Made by a program: the position numbers and the translations under genes
Shown here: positions 24,107 through 24,200 of the stretch, in pieces
Numbering within the stretch: the stretch's first letter is position 1
Layout of the letters: every line of letters starts with the position of its first letter
Notes under the pieces: generated by a model
Seen by the model: the letters and a program-made list of their open reading frames with translations, nothing else
Database searches by the model: none
Told to the model about the DNA's origin: nothing
DNA from: a virus
Taxonomy: Duplodnaviria; Caudoviricetes
Reading direction: 5' to 3' (one strand)
Length of the DNA: 24,200 bases
Virus record (IMG/VR): IMGVR_UViG_3300020045_003472
Location: 1 to 24,200 of that record

Positions 24107-24200
24107 GTGGAACCTAAGTGGTTTACAGAGAATATGAAAAAATATGCCGGTGCTAATGCGTCATTTGCCGAAACGCTAAAATCAAAATACGCACGCAAGG
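24107..24200 (+). CDS. Start of the next putative cassette ORF (partial)
   Basis: SD-like AAAGGGA, GTG start, open to the window end (MEPKWFTENMKKYAGANASFAETLKSKYARK...). Confidence 0.6.
   Translation, partial: MEPKWFTENMKKYAGANASFAETLKSKYARK

Overview
The window is part of a tailed dsDNA phage or prophage of siphovirus type. From about 22.3 kb down to position 1, a minus-strand late operon encodes: metallophosphoesterase, small ORFs, an atypical initiator-type tRNA(CAT), HNH, ParB-like/DNA methylase, TerS, TerL, portal, a MuF-GNAT fusion, a protease-scaffold-major capsid fusion, a probable head fibre, neck proteins, two paralogous tail-tube genes, a -1 frameshifted tail chaperone, tape measure, and a >1064-aa LamG-bearing tail-tip protein that runs off the window and is missing from the ORF track. 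A palindrome- and repeat-rich divergent control region lies at about 22.3-22.5 kb, followed by plus-strand accessory genes. The most striking observation is at the right end: an integron-type gene cassette with a near-canonical attC site (23973-24083), preceded by an attI-like site and followed by the start of a second putative cassette ORF, i.e. a probable phage-borne cassette array. No integrase is visible in the window. All calls are by eye from motifs and synteny; no database searches were run.
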